In this document: positions 24,775 through 37,612 of the stretch, in pieces
Layout of the letters: the number at the start of each line of letters is the position of its first letter
How positions within the stretch are numbered: the first letter of the stretch is position 1
Assembly (NCBI GenBank): GCA_038087875.1
Contig: CM075992.1
Coordinates: forward strand, 6,202,001 to 6,266,000
Source: Malacoraja senta
Taxonomy: Eukaryota
Reading direction: 5' to 3'
DNA length: 64,000 nt
Position numbers and translations under genes: made by a program
The notes under the pieces: generated by a model
What the model was told of the DNA's origin: nothing
What the model saw: only the letters and a program-made list of their open reading frames with translations
Databases searched by the model: none

Positions 24775-26096
24775 CTGCCTCCTAATTAACACCTTCCCCT
24801 CTGACACATCTCTCTGCACTATCATCTCTCCCTCAGTAGTGACAGTGTCACATTCCCACAGTAGTGGCTGTCCCTCACTATCAAAGTAGTCAGACTCACT
24901 ATTGAAGTCACACGTGCTCACTACTGATTTTATCACACTCACTACTCACTTCTAATTCACACCGTCCCCTCTGTCATCTTTCTCTGTTCTATCACCTCCC
25001 CCCAGTAGTGACAGTGTCACACTCCCTCAGTAGTGGCAGTGTTTCACTCCCTCAGTAGTGACAGTGTCACACTCCCTCAGTAGTGACAGTGTCACACTCC
25101 CTCAGTAGTGGCAGTGTCACACTCCCTCAGTAGTGACAGTGTCACACTCCCTCAGTAGTGACAGTGTCACACTCCCTCAGTAGTGACAGTGTCACACTCC
25201 CTCAGTAGTGGCAGTGTTTCACTCCATCAGTAGTGAGAGTATCTCACTACTGAAGAAACACACATGCTCACTACTGATAGTGTCACACTCCCTCACTACT
25301 GATAGTGTCACACTCCCTCACTACTGATAGTATCACACTCCCTCACTACTGGTAGTGTCACACTCCCTCACTACTGATAGTATCACACTCGCTCACTACA
25401 GACAGTGTCACATCTGATCACTACTAAGTGTCACACTGTGTGCTGCCTCTATTTTAACACCTTACACACTAACATCCTTCTCTGTACTGTCACCTCCCTA
25501 ATTTCTGACAGTCTCTCTCCCCCAGTAGTGACAGTGTCTGCACCCCTCTATCTCCTGACGGTTTCTCACTACTGACAGAGTAACACGTGCTCACTACGGA
25601 CAATGTCACACTTCCCCAGAACTCACCCTGTGCACTCTCACAATTAACACCTTCCCCTCTGATATCTTTCTCTGAACTGACATCTCTCCCTCAGTGGTGA
25701 CAGTCTCACTCACTCAGTAGTGACAGTGTCTCACTCCCCCAGTAGTGACAATGTCACACTCCCCCAGTAGTGACAGTGTCTCACTCACTCAGTAGTGACA
25801 GTGTCTCACTCACTCAGTAGTGACAGTGTCTCACTCCCCCAGTAGTGACAGTACCTCACTACTGAAGAAACACACATGTGCAAGTGGGGGCGCTGCCCAA
25901 GCAGCCTCGCCTCGCCTGCAGTCCGTCTGTCTTTTCCTTTTTATTTGTTTTCTTTTGTCTTGTTAGATGTATGTTTTAGTTTATTTTTAGTTGTGTATGT
26001 GTGGGGGGTGGGGGAAACTTGTTTTAACCTCTTCCGTCGACACCCTTCTTCACCCTGCAGAGATGTTGCCCGACCCAACCTGGTTTGGACTGGCAG

Positions 26097-26231
26097 GTAA
26101 AGTTATGGTGCAAGAGATTTAATTCAGCTGGTTCAAGAGGGCCAGCAGATTCAGGCGATCACGGTGGCGAACACTCGTTGTTCTTGCGGGTTCCGTTCAC
26201 GGCTGTGCTCGGTTTGACAACCCTCTACATG
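26097..26231 (+). other. Candidate orphan exon (135 bp, phase 0/0)
   Basis: CAG|GTAAAG...TACATG|GTGAGT. Open frame VKLWCKRFNSAGSRGPADSGDHGGEHSLFLRVPFTAVLGLTTLYM. Non-repetitive island; product not recognised. Confidence 0.3.
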
Positions 26232-27840
26232 GTGAGTGGCTGGGCGCATTTCCCATCCATTGCCGGGGAGTTCACCGACACACCCTACAGATAATCCACA
26301 TCCCTCACCACAGACTTAAGAATAAGGTGCAGGCCATTCAGGACAGACATCATGTGATAATATCTCTCTCCCTCAGTAGTGACAATATCTCAGTCCCTCA
26401 CTACAGACAGTGTCACATCTGATCACTACTAAGTGTCACACTGTGCGCTGCCTCTATTTTAACACCTTACACACTAACATCCTTCTCTGTACTGTCACCT
26501 CTCCCTGATTTCTGACGGTCTCTCTCCCTCAGTAGTGAGAGTACCTCACTATTGAAGAAACACACATGCTCACTACTGATAATATCACACTCCCTCACTA
26601 CTGATAGTATCACACTCATTCACCACAGACAGTGTCACATCTGTGACACTACGATCACACGACCTCACAGAGTAACACGTGCTCACGATATCACAAGCCC
26701 TCACTACTACTAGTATCACGTTCCCTCACTACAGATAGTGTCACAGTGAAACACGTTGCACTTCCTCCTAATTAACACCTTCCCCTCTGACACATCTCTC
26801 TGCACTATCATCTCTCCCTCAGTAGTGACAGTGTCACATTCCCACAGTAGTAGCTGTCCCACACTACCAAAGTAGTCAGACTCAGTATTGAAGTCACACG
26901 TGCTCACTACTGATATTATCACACTCACTACTCACTTCTAATTCACACCGTCCCCTCTGTCATCTTTCTCTGTTCTATCATCTCCCCCCAGTAGTGATAA
27001 TGTCACACTCCCTCAGTAGTGACAGTGTCACACTCCCTCAGTAGTGACAGTGTCACACTCCCTCAGTAGTGACAGTGTCACACTCCCTCAGTAGTGGCAG
27101 TGTCACACTCCCTCAGTAGTGACAGTCACACTCCCTCAGTAGTGACAGTGTCACACTCCCTCAGTAGTGGCAGTGTTTCACTCCATCAGTAGTGAGAGTA
27201 TCTCACTACTGAAGAAACACACATGCTCACTACTGATAGTGTCACACTCCCTCACTACTGATAGTATCACACTCCCTCACTACTGATAGTATCACACTCC
27301 CTCACTACTGATAGTATCACACTCCCTCACTACTGGTAGTGTCACACTCCCTCACTACTGATAGTATCACACTCGCTCACTACAGACAGTGTCACATCTG
27401 ATCACTACTAAGTGTCACACTGTGTGCTGCCTCTATTTTAACACCTTACACACTAACATCCTTCTCTGTACTGTCACCTCCCTAATTTCTGACAGTCTCT
27501 CTCCCGCAGTAGTGACAGTGTCTGCACCCCTCTATCTCCTGACGGTTTCTCACTACTGACAGAGTAACACGTGCTCACTACGGACAATGTCACACTTCCC
27601 CAGAACTCACCCTGTGCACTGTCTCACAATTAACACCTTCCCCTCTGATATCTTTCTCTGAACTGACATCTCTCCCCCAGTGGTGACAGTGTCTCACTCA
27701 CTCAGTAGTGACAATGTCACACTCCCCCAGTAGTGACAATGTCACACTCACTCAGTAGTGACAATGTCTCACTCCATCAGTAGTGACAGTGTCTCACTCC
27801 CCCAGTAGTGACAGTACCTCACTACTGAAGAAACACACAT

Positions 27841-28404
27841 GTGGAAGTGGGGGTGCTGCCCAAGCAGCTCCGCCTCGCCTGCAGTCCGTCTGTCTTTTCC
27901 TTTTTATTTGTTTTCTTTTGTCTTGTTAGATGTATGTTTTAGTTTATTTTTAGTTGTGTATGTGTGGGGGGGCGGGGGAAACTTGTTTTAACCTCTTCCT
28001 TCAGGGGGATGTGACCTTTTCTTTGTCGTATCTCCGTCTCTGTCTGCGCTGAGGCCTAATCGTGGAGCTGGCGGCCTCCAACTGGGACCGACCCCAAGGC
28101 ACCGGAGGCAGAGCCTGTGGACTCACCATCGCGGGGCTGGCCGACCTCGGGGCTGTGGTGGCGCTGCGGCTGCGACCCGACTTCGGAGCCTCGGAGGCTT
28201 TGGCCGCGGACCCAGTGGACGACAACATCGGGAGCTCGCAGGTTGCAGGTTGGTGACCTGTTCTCCGGAGCTCCCGCAACGACAGCTTCGTCCGCCCCGG
28301 GCCGCGGAGCTTGAATTCGGCCGCGGGACTTGCCATCACCCGACGGAGGGCCCAACATCGAAAGCCTGGATCGCCTCAACGTAGAGGGAGAACAAGGAAG
28401 GAAG
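27841..28404 (+). mobile_element. GC-rich non-autonomous retroposon (5' part), same family as 39061-39910
   Basis: GGAAGTGG...CTCGCCTGCAGTCCGTCTGT head and CpG-rich body align with the reverse complement of 39240-39900. Confidence 0.75.
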
Positions 28405-31400
28405 AGTCTCTCTCCCCCAGTAGTGACAGTGTCTCACTCCCCCAGTAGTGACAGTGCTTCACTACTGACAGTGTCACACATGCTCACTACTGATAACATC
28501 ACACGACCTCACTACTGCTAGTATCACGTTCCCTCACTACAGATAGTGTCACAGAGAAACACTGTGCACTGCCTCCTAATTAACACCTTCCCCTCTGACA
28601 CACCTCTCTGCACTATCATCTCTCCCTCAGTAGTGACAGTGTCACACCCTGTCAGTAGTGACAGTACCTCACTATTGAAGAAACACACATGCTCACTACT
28701 GATAGTGTCACACTCCCTCACTACTGATAGTATCACACTCCCTCACTACTGACAGTGTCACACATCACTATTGAGTGTCACACTGTGCGCCGCTTCCATT
28801 TTAACTCCTTACACACTAACATCCTTCTCTGTACTGTCATCTCTCCCTCAGTAGCGACAGTCTCACACTTCCTCACTAGTGACAGTCACACGTGCTCACT
28901 ACTGATAGTATCATACTGCGTCACAGCTGAGAGCCACACACCCCATCACCACAGGAGGTATCACACTCACTCACTACTGACAGTATCACACTCACTCACT
29001 ACTGATAGTGTCACACTCACTCACTACTGACAGTATCACACTCACTCACTACTGACAGTATCACACTCACTCACTATTGACACTACCACACTCACTCACT
29101 ACTGATAGTATCACACTCTCTCACTACCGACAGTGTCACACTCACTCACTATTGACACTACCACACTCCCTCACCACTGATAGTGTCACATCTCTATCAC
29201 TACCGACACTACACTCCCTCAGTACTATCAGTGACCCCTGCCAACTCACCCTGACTGAAGGCTGTGATTCTGTGACCTTGGTTTGCCTTCTGAACCCTGG
29301 GCGTTCCAACCCCTCCCTGCCCGCTCCTGGTGATCTGTCCTTTAACTCTGCACTGTTGGCAGTTGTATTGTCGACAGCCTTGACTTCTGAATGACTTCAT
29401 CACGTAACGAATAGACTTGTCCTGAGGATATGAGTAACCGCCTAAACTCTCTCACCCTGGAAACTGGACACCGCCACATAAAAGAAAATATTGTTGTCTA
29501 AGCGTTTGAAGTCAGCACTGATCTCATCTTGTCCAAGCGGGATGAGATCGTTTCTCAGTCTACACCCACCCCTATATGCTGCATTGACAGTTCACCTTGA
29601 AGGCCATGATACCTCTGCAGGTGCTTCACACGAGTATTACTGACAGATATTGACAGTGTCGAGAAGCTCAACATGTGACGCAGCGGGTAGAGCTGCTGCC
29701 TCGGAGTGCCAGAAGTGTGAAGACGCACACCTCCAGAGTCAGGGACAGTTTCTTCCCAGCAGTGATCGGGCCACTAAACCATCCTATCAACAACTAGAGA
29801 GCAGTCCGTAGCTACTATGTACCGTCAGAGAAGGAATTGGTGACATTCCGGGTCGAGACCCTTCTTCAGAAGTCTGAGGAAGGGCCTCGACCCGAAATGT
29901 CACCCATTCCTTCTCATCAGAGTTACTCCACTGAGTTACTCCAGCATTTTGTGTCTACCTTCGGTGTAAACCAGCATCTGCAGTTCCTTCCTAAGCCACT
30001 ATCTGCCTCATTGGAGACCATCGGATCATCTCTAATTGCTCCTTCCTGGATTTGATCTTGCACTAAACGTCAATCCCTTTATCTTGTAGCTGTACACTGT
30101 GGATGGCTCGATTATAATCATGTGTCAAAAGGAACTGCAGATGCTGGTTTAAACCGAAGATTGACACAAAACGGTGGAGTAACTCAGCGGGTCAGGCAGC
30201 ATCACTGGAGAGAAGGATCAGGTGACGTTTCGGGTCGAGACCCTTCTTCAGTTTGAAACTAAAAAAAGTTATGGTGTCAGCAGGGGAGCTATCAATCTGA
30301 AAAAGGTTCTCGACCCAAAATATCACCCATCCTCTTTCTCCAGAGATGCTGCCTGACCCTCTGAGTTACTCCAGCACCTTGTGTCCATCTTCAGCTTATA
30401 GTGTTACATGAACTGATGTATGTCCTGGCTTTTGGCAACTAAAAAATCACTGACATATGTATGGATTTTGATTGTAGTCATGCATAGATATTATATTTTA
30501 CCTGGAATTTAAAATAGTGTTTACGCTGTAACTTGTACCCCTGACACTACACCAGACTAGGGCGTGGGTAGAGGCTCCTGGTCGCTGGGATCTCTAGATA
30601 TCTGGTGCGTGAAGGACGGTTATGGTGGCGCAGCGCCGGTGTCCCGGGTTCGATCCCGACTACGGATTCTGTCTGTACGGAGTTTGTACTTCCTCCCCGT
30701 GACCTGCGTGGGTTTTCTCCGAGATCTTCGGTTTCCTCCCACACTCCAAAGACGTTCAGGGTTGTAGGTTAATTGGCTTGGTAAATGTAAAAATTGTCCC
30801 TAGTGGGTGTAGGATAGTGTTAGTGTGCGGGGATCGCTGGTCGGCGCGGACCCGGTGGGCCGAAGGGCCTGTTTCCACGCTGCATCTCTAAACTAAACCT
30901 TCTCCTTCATCTGCTCCTGGGCCTGCCCAAGGAGGCCATTCGCAGGTCCAGGCAGTGGGATATCAGGACCCTACCGTCTGCCCCTCTGCCCGAAGATACA
31001 TCCAGACCTGGGAGTCCCTGTCTTTCTGGACAAAGCATCCCAGGCAAGAATGATAGGTTTAGTTTGTAAACGGTGTAGGGTTCCATCCTAACTCTGGGTG
31101 CTTGACTGAATAGAGTTTGTACCTTCTCCCCGTGACCTGCGTGGGTTTTCTCAGAGATCTTCGGTTTCCTCCCACACTCCAAAGACGTACAGGTTTGTAG
31201 GTTAATTGGCTTGGTATAAATGTAAAAACTGTCCCTAGTGGGTGTAGGATAGTGTTAATGTGCGGGGATCGCTGGGCCGAAGGGCCTGTTTCCGTGCTGT
31301 CTCTCTAAACTAAACTAAACTACTGTAAATATGTAAACAAAGCTTTTCACTGTTTCTCGGTACACTGACTATACAATAATAAACCAATACCAGTAAAAAG

Positions 31401-31871
31401 ATCAAACTGAATGATTAGAGTCTAAAGATCTATTACAAGATTATAAGCAAACATTTCATCAGCCAGACAGCAGTCCACAGTGTGCATTCAATTTAGAATG
31501 AATGTGGGTGGAGCCGCTACCTCACAGCGCCAGAGAGCCGGGTTCGATCCTGACTTCTGCCACTGTCTGTGTGGAGTTTGCATGTTCTCCCTGTGAAGCG
31601 TGGGTTTTCTCAGGGTGCTCGGGTTTCCTCCCACATCCCAAAGACGTGCGGGTTTGTCGATTAAAAGGCCTCTGTAAATTGCCCCCAGTGTGTAGGGAGT
31701 GGAATAACTGTGGGTGGCTTGGGTGTCATCATGTCTGGTCTTCCTGCTGACTGCATGCAATGATTAAAGCTTTTCATTGTACCTCGGTTCACCTGACAAT
31801 AACTAATTAAATTAAACTAAACTAAAATAGTGTGAATGGGTGGTCGATGGTTGGCGTGGACTCGGTGGTCC

Positions 31872-32750
31872 CAGGGGCGGAAATCCCGGGGGGGGGGGGG
31901 ACAGGTGGGGCATATCCCCCCTGTTTTGGGAGGTGCGGGACGATCCCCCCTATTTTTTGTAATCCGGATTTAAAAACTCCTTGAAAAAAAAGCTATCAAA
32001 AATCTCCGCTTTCCGCGAGACAGTGGGGGTGGGACTGATGATCGAGGGCGTCGATTGGACGAGAGGGACGTCGGTCAGCAGGCATTGGGGTTGGGACATG
32101 ATGATTCAGCGCGATGATTGGAGGAGGGAGGTGTCGGTCAGACGCGGAAGTAGGGGGGTGGGACTGAGGGTAAAGCGCGGTGATTGGAGGAGGGAGACGT
32201 CCTGGTGGAGCAAAGATCATAGAATAGCTTGACTCGGCCCGTTCGCGGGGCCTTTCATCGCCCGGCCCGGGGCGGCTCGGCTTAAAATCGACCTCGGGAT
32301 CTTCCACCGCCCCGCGGTCAAATTCCTGCATCGAGGCGATCGAGGCTCCCGTGTTGAAGCCCCCACGAACGAGCCGACTGAAGCCCCCACGATTCGGGGC
32401 GGACGAAGCTGCTGTTGCCAGAGTTCGGAGTCGGTCACCAACCAGGTCAGCTCCCGATGTTACCGGCCATAGGGCCCATGGCCGAAAACCTCGCGTGTGT
32501 GCGCCAAATTCAAGTGCAGTTTCATGCCACTTCAAGCAGGGTGCAAGTCAACCAAACTCAAGTGCAGTTTCATACCACTTCAAGCAGGGTGCAAGTCCAC
32601 CAAACTCAAGTGCAGTTTCATACCACTTCAAGCAGGGTGCAAGGCCACAAAACTCAAGTGCAGTTTCACAGTGCGTGTGTGCGGCCGCAAGAAATTGTCC
32701 ACCCCCCTCCCCCCCCCCCCCGCATGTTTTGACACCGATTTCCTTGCCTG
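31872..32750. mobile_element. Non-autonomous hAT-like element inserted in a SINE tail; contains a 48-bp tandem repeat (32505-32670)
   Basis: Termini CAGGGGCGGAAATC / GATTTCCTTGCCTG; 8-bp TSD GGTGGTCC / GGTGGGCC. Confidence 0.75.
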
Positions 32751-33539
32751 GGTGGGCCTAAGGGACTGGTTTCCTGTTGTCTCTCGAAACTAAACTGAAA
32801 CTACATAACACAAGGAACAGTAGATGCTGGAATCACTCAATTCAATGATCAATGATACCTTAGTATTGCATGTACCTAGGTCCAGTGAAATGCTTTGTTT
32901 GGCAGACAACTTGGTAAGATCATGCAGCAGACTCACCCAGGCCGTACACAAGTGTCGCCATGTCTCTGGCACCAACAATGTTTCCAAAGTTTACCGAACA
33001 GTCATATCTTCCCTCTCTATCTTCTGCCTGTCGCTGCAGGTAAAAGCATTTGCATAGAACACTAGGTGTTGGAGTAATTCAGCTTCTGCAAGAGCTTCCT
33101 CTCCACTGGAAACATTTCAGGCAGGTGTTTAGAGATACAGGCGGAAACAGGCCCTCCGGCCCACCGAGTCCGCACCGACCAGCGATCCCCGCACACAAAT
33201 ACTATCCTACACACACACACTAGGGGACAATTTACAATTTTACACTTATACCAGCCAATTAACCGACAAACCTGTACATCTTTGGAGTGTGGGAGGAAAC
33301 CAAAGATCTAGGAGAAAGTTCTCACAGGTGATGGGGAGAACGTGCAAACTCCGTACAGACAGCACCCGTAGTTGGGATCGAACCTGGATCTCGGGCACTG
33401 CAAGGCAGCAACTCTCCTGCCGCTCCACCGAGCCGTCCACAAATGTATTGGATAAGGCAATGTAAAGAAGTTTTAAATTTATATATGTATGTATAAGCAC
33501 ATTTGCTATATTTATATAGCAAATTATAATATACACACA

Positions 33540-35047
33540 TGACGGTGTTGATGGTAGATATGCAATGGAAGGCATTGAAAGACTGCATGGATGAACTACA
33601 ACAATTGTTCATCCCAGTTTGGCAAAAGAATAAATCAGGGAAGGTAGTGCATCCGTGGATAACGAGGGAAATCAGGGATAGTATCAAAACAAAAGATGAA
33701 GCATACAAATTAGCCAGAAAAAGCAGCCTACCAGGGGACTGGGAGAAATTCAGAGTCCAGCAGAGGAGGACAAAGGGCTTAATTAGGAAAGGGAAAATAG
33801 ATTATGAAAGAAAACTGGCAGGGAACATAAAAACTGACTGCTAAAGTTTTTATAGATATGTGAAGAGAAAAAGATTAGTTAAAACAAATGTAGGTCCCTT
33901 GCAGTCAGAAACAGGCGAATTGATCATGGGGAACAAGGACATGGCAGACCAATTGAATAACTACTTTGGTTCTGTCTTCACTAAGGATGACATAAATAAT
34001 CTGCCGGAAATAGCAGGGGACCGGGGGTCAAATGAGATGGGGGAACTGAGTGAAATCCAGGTTAGCCGAGAAGTGGTGTTAGGTAAATTGAATGGATTTA
34101 AGGCCGATAAATCCCCAGGGCCAGATAAGTTGCATCCCAGAGTACTTAGGGAAGTAGCCCCAGAAATAGTGGATGCATTAGTGATAATTTTTCAAAACTC
34201 TTTAGATTCTGGAGTAGTTCCTGAGGATTGGAGGGTAGCTAATGTAACCCCACTCTTTAAAAAGGGAGGTAGAGAGAAAACGGGGAATTACAGACCAGTT
34301 AGTCTAACATCGGTAGTGGGGAAAATGTTAGAGTCAGTTATTAAAGATGGGATAGCAGCACATTTGGAAAGTGGTGAATTCATTGGACAAAGTCAGCATG
34401 GATTTATGAAAGGTAAATCATGTCTGACGATTCTTATAGAATTTTTCGAGGATGTAACTAGTAGAGTGGATAAGGGAGAACCAGTGGATGTGTTATATCT
34501 GGACTTTCAGAAGGCTTTCGACAAGGTCCCACATAAAGATTAGTATGCAAACTTAAAGCACACGGTATTGGGGGTTCAGTATTGACGTGGATAGAGAACT
34601 GGCTGGCAGACAGGAAGCAAAGAGTAGGAGTAAACGGGTCCTTTTCACAATGGCAGGCAGTGACTAGTGGGGTACTCGCAAGGCTCAGTGCTGGGACCCC
34701 AGCTATTTACAATATATATTAATGATCTGGATGAGGGAATTGAATGCAACATCTCCAAGTTTGCGGATGACACGAGGCTGGGTGGCAGTGTTAGCTGTGA
34801 GGAGGATGCTAGGAGGCTGCAAGGTGACTTGGATAGGTTGGGTGAGTGGGCAAATGCATGGCAGATGCAGTATAATGTGGATAAATGTGAGGTTATCCAC
34901 TTTGGTGGCAAAAACAGGAAAGTAGACTATTATCTGAATGGTGGCCGATTAGGAAAAGGGGAGATGCAACGAGATCTGGGTGTCATGGTACACCAGTCAT
35001 TGAAAGTAGGCATGCAGGTGCAGCAGGCAGTGAAGAAAGTGAATGGG
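33540..35047 (+). mobile_element. CR1 LINE ORF2 reverse-transcriptase region, disrupted
   Basis: ORFs 33539-33844, 33860-34543 and 34667-35077 carry KSPGPD, NYRPVSLTS, QHGF, YLDFQKAFDKVPH, QGSVLGP and FADD. One stop and two frameshifts interrupt them. Confidence 0.95.
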
Positions 35048-35674
35048 ACAGGCCCTCCAGAAAATGCAGACAGATAAGGAAGGGTGGAATGTAAGAGAGA
35101 GAATGATGATTTAGAGATAATTGCAACATGAATGAGGGAAATTATTGTAAACATGAACTGCTTGGAATAATGCCCCTGTGGTTGCCAGGACAACCAACTC
35201 TACCCAGACCACAGCCATTTACTTTCCCACAACACACCATGCAGGGAGTTTCCATTCCAGACAAGTTCGGTGGATGGGGCAATATCTACACAGCTCCGAT
35301 CATCACCGATCCCTTTAGACACTGCCCTGGAGGACTTGAACATCAGGCCGTCCGTAGCGGCCACTACGGAGGGTCAGGGCCCCGACCACGGGTGAACAAG
35401 AGAGAAGGAGGACTCTCTGAACTGTATTGCCTATCGTGTTCTGTGCTCTTTTTTATTGGTATGGTTGTATGGTGCCCACAAATGTCACTGTACCAACTGG
35501 TACATGTGACAATAAATGTCTCTTGCCTTGTCTTGCCTTGCCTTCCACCACAGTGAAGAATGTCTGTGTTGAATTATGTTGTGTATTATGTCCTTTTTTA
35601 ATTGTAACACTGCATGGTAAATTCATTTCACTGTACCTTATGGTGAATGTGAATCCTGGACAAGGATTGTTTAA

Positions 35675-35989
35675 GGGCCTGTCCCACTGTACGAGCTAAT
35701 TCAAGAGTTCTCCCGAGTTTCCCCTGATTCAAACTCGGAGAATTACGGTAATGGCCGCTCGTAGGTACTCGGGGCTCTCGTGGACATTTTTCAAGATGTT
35801 GAAAAATCTTCACGAGTCTTCCCGAGCTTACCGCGTTTCCCGAGTACCTGCCGTTAGTGTTACGAGCCGCTAAGAGACGTCCCGAGCTCCGAAGTACCTG
35901 CTACGTACATTCTACGTACTTACCACAAGTTTGATTTTTTTTTAAACTCGGGAGAGCTCTTGAATTACCTCGTACAGTGGGACAGGCCC
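35675..35989. mobile_element. MITE, GGGCCTGTCCCAC-TIR family
   Basis: ~45-bp TIRs GGGCCTGTCCCACTGTACGAGCTAATTCAAGAGTTCTCCCGAGTTT / AAACTCGGGAGAGCTCTTGAATTACCTCGTACAGTGGGACAGGCCC; flanks TTAA / ATAA. Confidence 0.88.
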
Positions 35990-36165
35990 ATAACTTGGCA
36001 TATTTGTTTTGTCCTGTACTATGGTGGTGCGTTCTGTTTTGTTTTATTGTGTTGCAAATACTATTTTAATATTTGAATAAATATATTTGATTATAAAAAA
36101 AATGGTGCATGAGACAAATAAATTTGAACTTGAACTTGAACTCTTGACTAAGAACACAGTTCCCA

Positions 36166-36610
36166 GGGCGGAGCAGTGGTGCAGCGGGTAGAGCAGCTGC
36201 CTCACAGTGCCAGAGTCCCGGGTTCGATCCTGACCTCGGCTGCTGTCTGTGTGTGAGTGGAGTTTGGACGTTCTCCCCGTGACCGCGTGGGTTTCCTCCG
36301 GGTGTACTGGTTTCCTCCCACATCCCAAAGACGCGCAGTTTGTAGGTTAACTGGGTCCAGAAATTGCCCCTTGCGTGTAGGATGAGAAAGTGGGATAACA
36401 TAGAACTGGTGACTGCGTGGGGCTCCTCCGGGTGCTCCGGTTTCCTCCCACATCCCAAACACCTGCAGGCTTGAAGGTTAATTGGTCCTCTGCAAATTGC
36501 CCCTAGATAACATAGCTCTAGTGTGAAGGGGTGATCAATGGTCGGTGTGGGCTGAAGGGCCTGTTTCCATGCTGTGTCTTTAAACTAAACTAAACTAAAC
36601 TAAACTAAAC
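36166..36610 (+). mobile_element. V-SINE with a duplicated core; further copies at 36780-37050(-), 37940-38252(-), 43275-43532(+), 44400-44550(-), 44795-45087(-), 47008-47302(-), 47810-48185
   Basis: Head, core and tail motifs as above. Confidence 0.85.
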
Positions 36611-37233
36611 TTCTGTGGGGGGAATGGGCAGATGATGTTTCTGGTCGGGACCCTTCTTCATTCCAACATTGTTGTTTGTGGGCTCCAGTGTTTAAAGATT
36701 AGACATCATTTAAACCCAGCTTGACATTGTCATTCTCATCACTAGAGATGTGGTGTCCGCCCTCAAGGTCAGAGGTCGTACGGCGCGGAAACAGGCCCCT
36801 TCGGCCCACCGAGTCCACGCTGACCAATGATCCCCGTACACTAGCACTATCCTACACATACATTTACAATTTTACCACAGCCAATGAACGTACAAACCCG
36901 TGCGACTTTGGAGTGTGGGAGGAAACCGGACCACCCAGAAAAACCCCACGCGGGTCACAGGGAGAGCGTACAAACTCCACACAGGCAGCACCCGTAGTCA
37001 GGATGGAACCTGGATCTCTGCCGCTGTAAGGCAGCAACTCTACCCACTTTGGCAATTGACACTTCTCCCCCTAGAGGCATAATTGGACCTCGAGTACTTT
37101 CGATTTTACTTTAGAAACTTTAGAGATACAGCTCAGAAGTAGACTCTTCGGCCCACCAAGTCCGCACCAACCAGCGATCACCCTGTACTATACACACTAG
37201 GGACAATTTACAATTTTACCGAAGCCAATTAAC

Positions 37234-37612
37234 ATAGAAACATAGAAACATAGAAAATAGGTGCAGGAGTAGGCCATTCGGCCCTTCGAGCCTGCACCGC
37301 CATTCAATATGATCATGGCTGATCATCCAACTCAGTATCCCGTACCTGCCTTCTCTCCATACCCCCTGATCCCTTTAGCCACAAGGGCCACATCTAACTC
37401 CCTCTTAAATATAGCCAATGAACTGGCCTCAACTACCCTCTGTGGCAGAGAGTTCCAGAGATTCACCACTCTCTGTGTGAAAAAGTTTTTCCTCATCTCG
37501 GTCTTAAAGGATTTCCCCCTTATCCTTAAGCTGTGACCCGTTGTCCTGGACTTCCCCAACATCAGGAACAATCTTCCTGCATCTAGCCTGTCCAACCCCA
37601 TAAGAATTTTGT
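37234..37612 (-). mobile_element. CR1 3' end inserted in a V-SINE
   Basis: ORF 37332-37685 matches the C-terminus of the 10154 ORF. SINE sequence resumes at ~37615. Confidence 0.9.

Larger units (their letters stand above)
24775..29232. repeat. Complex 25-bp minisatellite block with a ~2-kb higher-order duplication
   Basis: Units ACTCCCTCAGTAGTGACAGTGTCAC and ACTCCCTCACTACTGATAGTGTCAC. 24775-26034 is repeated at 26762-27999, with a third partial copy from ~28405. Confidence 0.92.

Noticed and set aside
24270..24942. ORFs spanning the N runs (also 53074-53469)
   Set aside because: Artefacts of translating across gaps.
25430..28570. RSS heptamer-like CACTGTG/CACAGTG in the satellite (possible Ig/TCR cluster)
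   Set aside because: No ACAAAAACC nonamer at 12/23-bp spacing and no V/D/J coding segments.
24775..29232. CRISPR-like appearance of regularly spaced palindromic 25-bp repeats
   Set aside because: The units are contiguous with no unique spacers, there are no cas genes, and the context is eukaryotic.
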